IMG/VR virus record: IMGVR_UViG_3300035704_000005
DNA from: an uncultured virus (IMG/VR IMGVR_UViG_3300035704_000005)
Lineage: Duplodnaviria; Heunggongvirae; Uroviricota; Caudoviricetes
Direction: 5' to 3' (one strand)
Length of the DNA stretch: 64,000 bases
Shown: positions 60,784-64,000 of the stretch, in pieces
How the letters are laid out: each line of letters begins with the position of its first letter
Numbering within the stretch: the stretch's first letter is position 1
The notes under the pieces: model-generated
What the model was told of the DNA's origin: nothing
What the model saw: only the letters and a program-made list of their open reading frames with translations
Database searches by the model: none
Made by a program: the position numbers and the translations under genes

Positions 60784-61710
60784 TCAGTGCCAGGCAGAGC
60801 GCAAGCTCACCGTCATAGAAGCCAAAGTTGAGAACGAAGTAGACCGCAAGTTGTACGTCACAGTTTGTCCGGGCAGTACCGAGGGCCAGCCGCCAGGAGT
60901 CAGCAATGTAGAACGCTGATTATTAGAGATGTTGAGATAGACGCCATGCCCAGGAAAGCCCTGCATCGGGAAATCATCACTGTTGATGGTCACCGTGTCG
61001 GTAGGGCCGAGGGCTTTGGTATAGGTGATAATCGTGCCGTTGGTGATATCGACTATTTGCCAGTTAGCTGCCAGCGGGCCGGATACCGCAAACAACGGGT
61101 GCGCAACAGTAGTGCCTGCATTGCGCACGGATACCGCAGACGGAGTGCCCGGCGTGCCAAAATCAACGTAGGACGAGAACACCAAGCCGGGGCTGGTGTA
61201 GTCGGCCCCTCCTTGCGGGGCTACGCCTAGCCCACCTATCGGGCTCTGCCACGCCCCATCATGTTTCCGGGGGTCCGGCGTGGCCAGCCGGAGGCTGAAT
61301 ACCGTCTGATTCCACAGCCGCGGAGTTGATAGAGTTGCGTCATCCAACTCAACCATTACCGACCGGATGAAACCCGACTCGCTAACCAACATCTCGTACA
61401 AGCGCGCCGGATCTGAGCACACAGCGGCTACGGCTGTCTCAGCATTCCGCATAGCGGCGATGCTGGGCGCCGTGGCCACAACCTCTAGATTCATGATCCG
61501 CGGGCCTGTATAGCCCGCAGAGCGGAAGGATCCTGGGTGGCCTGGCCGATCTGTTCGCACAGTCCGCGGTGCTGGTTTGCCGGTCCACCCATCAAACTTG
61601 GTGAGGATCCATTCCACTCCGTTGGCATCAACGGGCAGCGGGCCACCCTCGACACGAAATAGCCATGTCTGCCCATCGAGGGTGACCGTGGGAAAAATAG
61701 GCCCGGTCAC
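60784..61710 (-). CDS. distal tail protein (Dit)
   Basis: Immediately after the tape measure; GV.W...DGW..P..R, L.TPDPRK, N.GT...P...V.GP. Confidence 0.8.
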   Translation of the reverse strand: MTGPIFPTVTLDGQTWLFRVEGGPLPVDANGVEWILTKFDGWTGKPAPRTVRTDRPGHPGSFRSAGYTGPRIMNLEVVATAPSIAAMRNAETAVAAVCSDPARLYEMLVSESGFIRSVMVELDDATLSTPRLWNQTVFSLRLATPDPRKHDGAWQSPIGGLGVAPQGGADYTSPGLVFSSYVDFGTPGTPSAVSVRNAGTTVAHPLFAVSGPLAANWQIVDITNGTIITYTKALGPTDTVTINSDDFPMQGFPGHGVYLNISNNQRSTLLTPGGWPSVLPGQTVTYNLRSTSFSTLASMTVSLRSAWH

Positions 61711-61727
61711 TACACCTACCCTCCCAA

Positions 61728-64000
61728 CTACGTTAATGCATTCATGGCGAAAGACAACCGACGTTCCACCATATCGGCAATATCCGCTTCAGAATGCTCT
61801 GCCCGCGGGTAAACGTTAATCGTTGGCCCGCTATTTTGCGCAGCTGCCGAGGTGAGCGATTGGAACTGCGGAGCTGTCAAAACTCGTTCAGCCATGCCCG
61901 TGCCGTTATAGGCCATCGTGACACCCGGCGGCAGCCACCCTCCCGAGTCATACCCTTTAGGGGGCAGATTAGGGTTAGCCTGCTGAACGTTAAATATGCT
62001 TCCGTAACGAGCTTTGATGTAGTTAATACCGGCAGATATGTTCGCCACCGGGTCGGTGATATTCCAGCTCGTTCCCGCCTGATGGTAAGCAGTGAACGTG
62101 CCAGGAATTGTCTGCATGAGGCCTTGCGAAGGGTGCCCGGCTGCCGCATTGCTGTCTGTGAGGTTGATGGCATTCGGATTTCCGCCGGATTCTCGCCCGA
62201 TCAGTACACTTAGCGGGCCAGCCCAGGTCTCAGGCACACCAGTAAGACCAATAGCCGACTGAATCCAAGCAGCCAGATTCGGTGAACCTGTGAAAGCTGC
62301 GCTAAACGCGGCACCCACCGAGGAGACGAGAGCCTTGGCCTTATCAATCACCGCATCTACGACTCTGCCCGGAATATCTACCAGAGCTTGGTGCAGCAAT
62401 CCGGTGCCCGGAATGATGGCGCTGGTGACACCGCTGAATAGGCTCTTTACCGATCCCACCGGATCGGCGACAAGACTAGCAATATCGCCAACGATGCCGC
62501 CACCTGCGAAGCGGTTACCTGTAGAAGGTGCTCGGCCACCTGAGAAATGAGCGTTGGCTGCGTACACGAAATCAGCGCCTAGCCCGCGCACCGCCTCAGG
62601 TACAAGAACACCCTCACCCTTAGACAACATGGCAGGCACAGTGTCTACACCAGGAGAATACCCAGGAATGACCCCGCCACCAGCCAGTAATGCTACTGGC
62701 TGAAGCTGAGGTAAGCCGAAGACGCCTGCGATGGCATCCCAAACCGTAACAATCCCGTGATTGTATGCCGAGTTGATGACGAAGTTAACTGGAATCTTGG
62801 CAATGTCGATTAGCCGATTCCAGATGTTCTGCAAAGAATTCATCCCGCTATCAAACGCGGTGACAACGCCTTGCCAGTTTCCCGTCATCAAGTCGAAGAT
62901 AATCTTCAGGCCTTGCCACACCACGTTGACAACACTTCCGAAGATACTAAACAGATCGCCGACCGCCCGTAGGTCCGAGGAGATGGCATCGAAAATTATC
63001 TTGATAGTGTTGTTCCACACTGCCTCGATAACGTTTTTAACAACAAGCCACGCATCGTTGACAACATCTCGGAATATCTGAAAATGGTTGTAGCAGTAGA
63101 TGACACCGACGACAAGAGCCGCAATGGCCAAGCCGATCGCCACGAAAGGCAGCGCGACGAAGGCGGCGTTTAGCAGCCAGAGCGACGCTGTCGCAAACCC
63201 GGTAGAAATGGTCTGCGCGTCGGTAAAAGCGGTCATCATGATTAACGCACTGCTTGCAGCTCTGAGAGAAGTGGTGACCGTATCAATGATCAGCCAGGCT
63301 TTCCAGGCCAAGTACCCCACATACAGGATATCGATAAGCGGACCTAGCACAGGCGTAGGGATAACGGAGATCAGCCGAAAGAAACTATCCACTACGGTGA
63401 GAACCGTGCCGCCAAGAGGCCCCATCGCCTCGCCTGTGTGGGTAAGAGCTTTGATCAGATCACCCAAGAACGATACAACTATCGGCCCTTCAACCTTCAC
63501 ATAGGCTAAGAAATCCTGAAACTGTTTATTCTGGCCTATGTTCTGGCTGAAAGTGGCGAACCGCTGAGACAGGCCGAGGATGCCTGTGCCCATTTGGTCC
63601 CATACCGGCTTGAAAGCCTCAAGAAGCGCAGCGCCGCCAGTAGCGAAATTGCCCAGCACCGAACCGAAGATGTGGATACTCGGTCCGGCCTCGCCATTGA
63701 TGAAAGCGATGAAGCCCCGCCAGAACGGGTCATTAAGAGCTTCACCCGTCCGACGGGCCATATCACCGACAGCGGTGGAGACAGTGCCGATCAGCCCATT
63801 AATCTCAGGAAACACCGGGAACATAGCCCGTAGGCCTAGCTCCACACCCGGCAACAACCCCTGCTGGGCCGTCGCCTGCAACTCCTTGACCTTCGGTGTC
63901 AGGTCATCATTGATGAAGTGAGCAAACTCCTGGCCCGCCGGGCTCAGCTTGGCCATGTCCGTGGCCAGCTTCTGAGCCGAGGACGACACCGTTGCCTGCT
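61728..64000 (-). CDS. tape measure protein with lytic transglycosylase (SLT) domain, 5' partial
   Basis: Long amphipathic repeats; RESGGNPNAIN..DSNA..G.PS.GLMQTI..TF..Y...DPVANI.A.INYI..RYG; open at the window edge. Confidence 0.92.
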   Translation of the reverse strand, partial: QATVSSSAQKLATDMAKLSPAGQEFAHFINDDLTPKVKELQATAQQGLLPGVELGLRAMFPVFPEINGLIGTVSTAVGDMARRTGEALNDPFWRGFIAFINGEAGPSIHIFGSVLGNFATGGAALLEAFKPVWDQMGTGILGLSQRFATFSQNIGQNKQFQDFLAYVKVEGPIVVSFLGDLIKALTHTGEAMGPLGGTVLTVVDSFFRLISVIPTPVLGPLIDILYVGYLAWKAWLIIDTVTTSLRAASSALIMMTAFTDAQTISTGFATASLWLLNAAFVALPFVAIGLAIAALVVGVIYCYNHFQIFRDVVNDAWLVVKNVIEAVWNNTIKIIFDAISSDLRAVGDLFSIFGSVVNVVWQGLKIIFDLMTGNWQGVVTAFDSGMNSLQNIWNRLIDIAKIPVNFVINSAYNHGIVTVWDAIAGVFGLPQLQPVALLAGGGVIPGYSPGVDTVPAMLSKGEGVLVPEAVRGLGADFVYAANAHFSGGRAPSTGNRFAGGGIVGDIASLVADPVGSVKSLFSGVTSAIIPGTGLLHQALVDIPGRVVDAVIDKAKALVSSVGAAFSAAFTGSPNLAAWIQSAIGLTGVPETWAGPLSVLIGRESGGNPNAINLTDSNAAAGHPSQGLMQTIPGTFTAYHQAGTSWNITDPVANISAGINYIKARYGSIFNVQQANPNLPPKGYDSGGWLPPGVTMAYNGTGMAERVLTAPQFQSLTSAAAQNSGPTINVYPRAEHSEADIADMVERRLSFAMNALT

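Overview
The window is a gene-dense ~64 kb segment of a tailed (siphovirus-like) actinobacteriophage genome. Lsr2, WhiB, a DUF1906 lysin and a Pseudonocardiaceae-style Zn-finger gene point to a filamentous actinomycete host (inference). Left to right it carries: small leftward genes; an iteron-flanked AT-rich putative origin next to a prim-pol/ATPase gene; a family A DNA polymerase; a rightward replication/recombination operon (HNH-AP2, SF2 helicase, PD-(D/E)XK exonuclease, SSB-like protein with Q/P/W-rich tails, ASCH-like, endonuclease VII, ECF sigma factor, MazG-like); a long accessory region; an AICE/plasmid-type transfer module (SpdA-like, TraB-like FtsK ATPase, GACCCC repeat cluster); Lsr2 and promoter-microgene cassettes; a lysis region split by two opposite-strand islands (tRNA-Lys, GIY-YIG-WhiB, PadR, micro-ORF array); and tail genes up to a partial tape measure protein with an SLT domain. 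No integrase, capsid or terminase gene is visible in this window. Best candidates for new biology: a virion-forming phage with a hyphal conjugation module and a clt-like repeat locus; several highly structured intergenic RNAs; two genome-wide regulatory motifs (TGTAAC-N17-CGATA promoter and CTGTCnAGCTnGACAG operator); and a micro-peptide array with near-perfect Shine-Dalgarno sites. All family names come from motifs recognised by eye, not from database searches.
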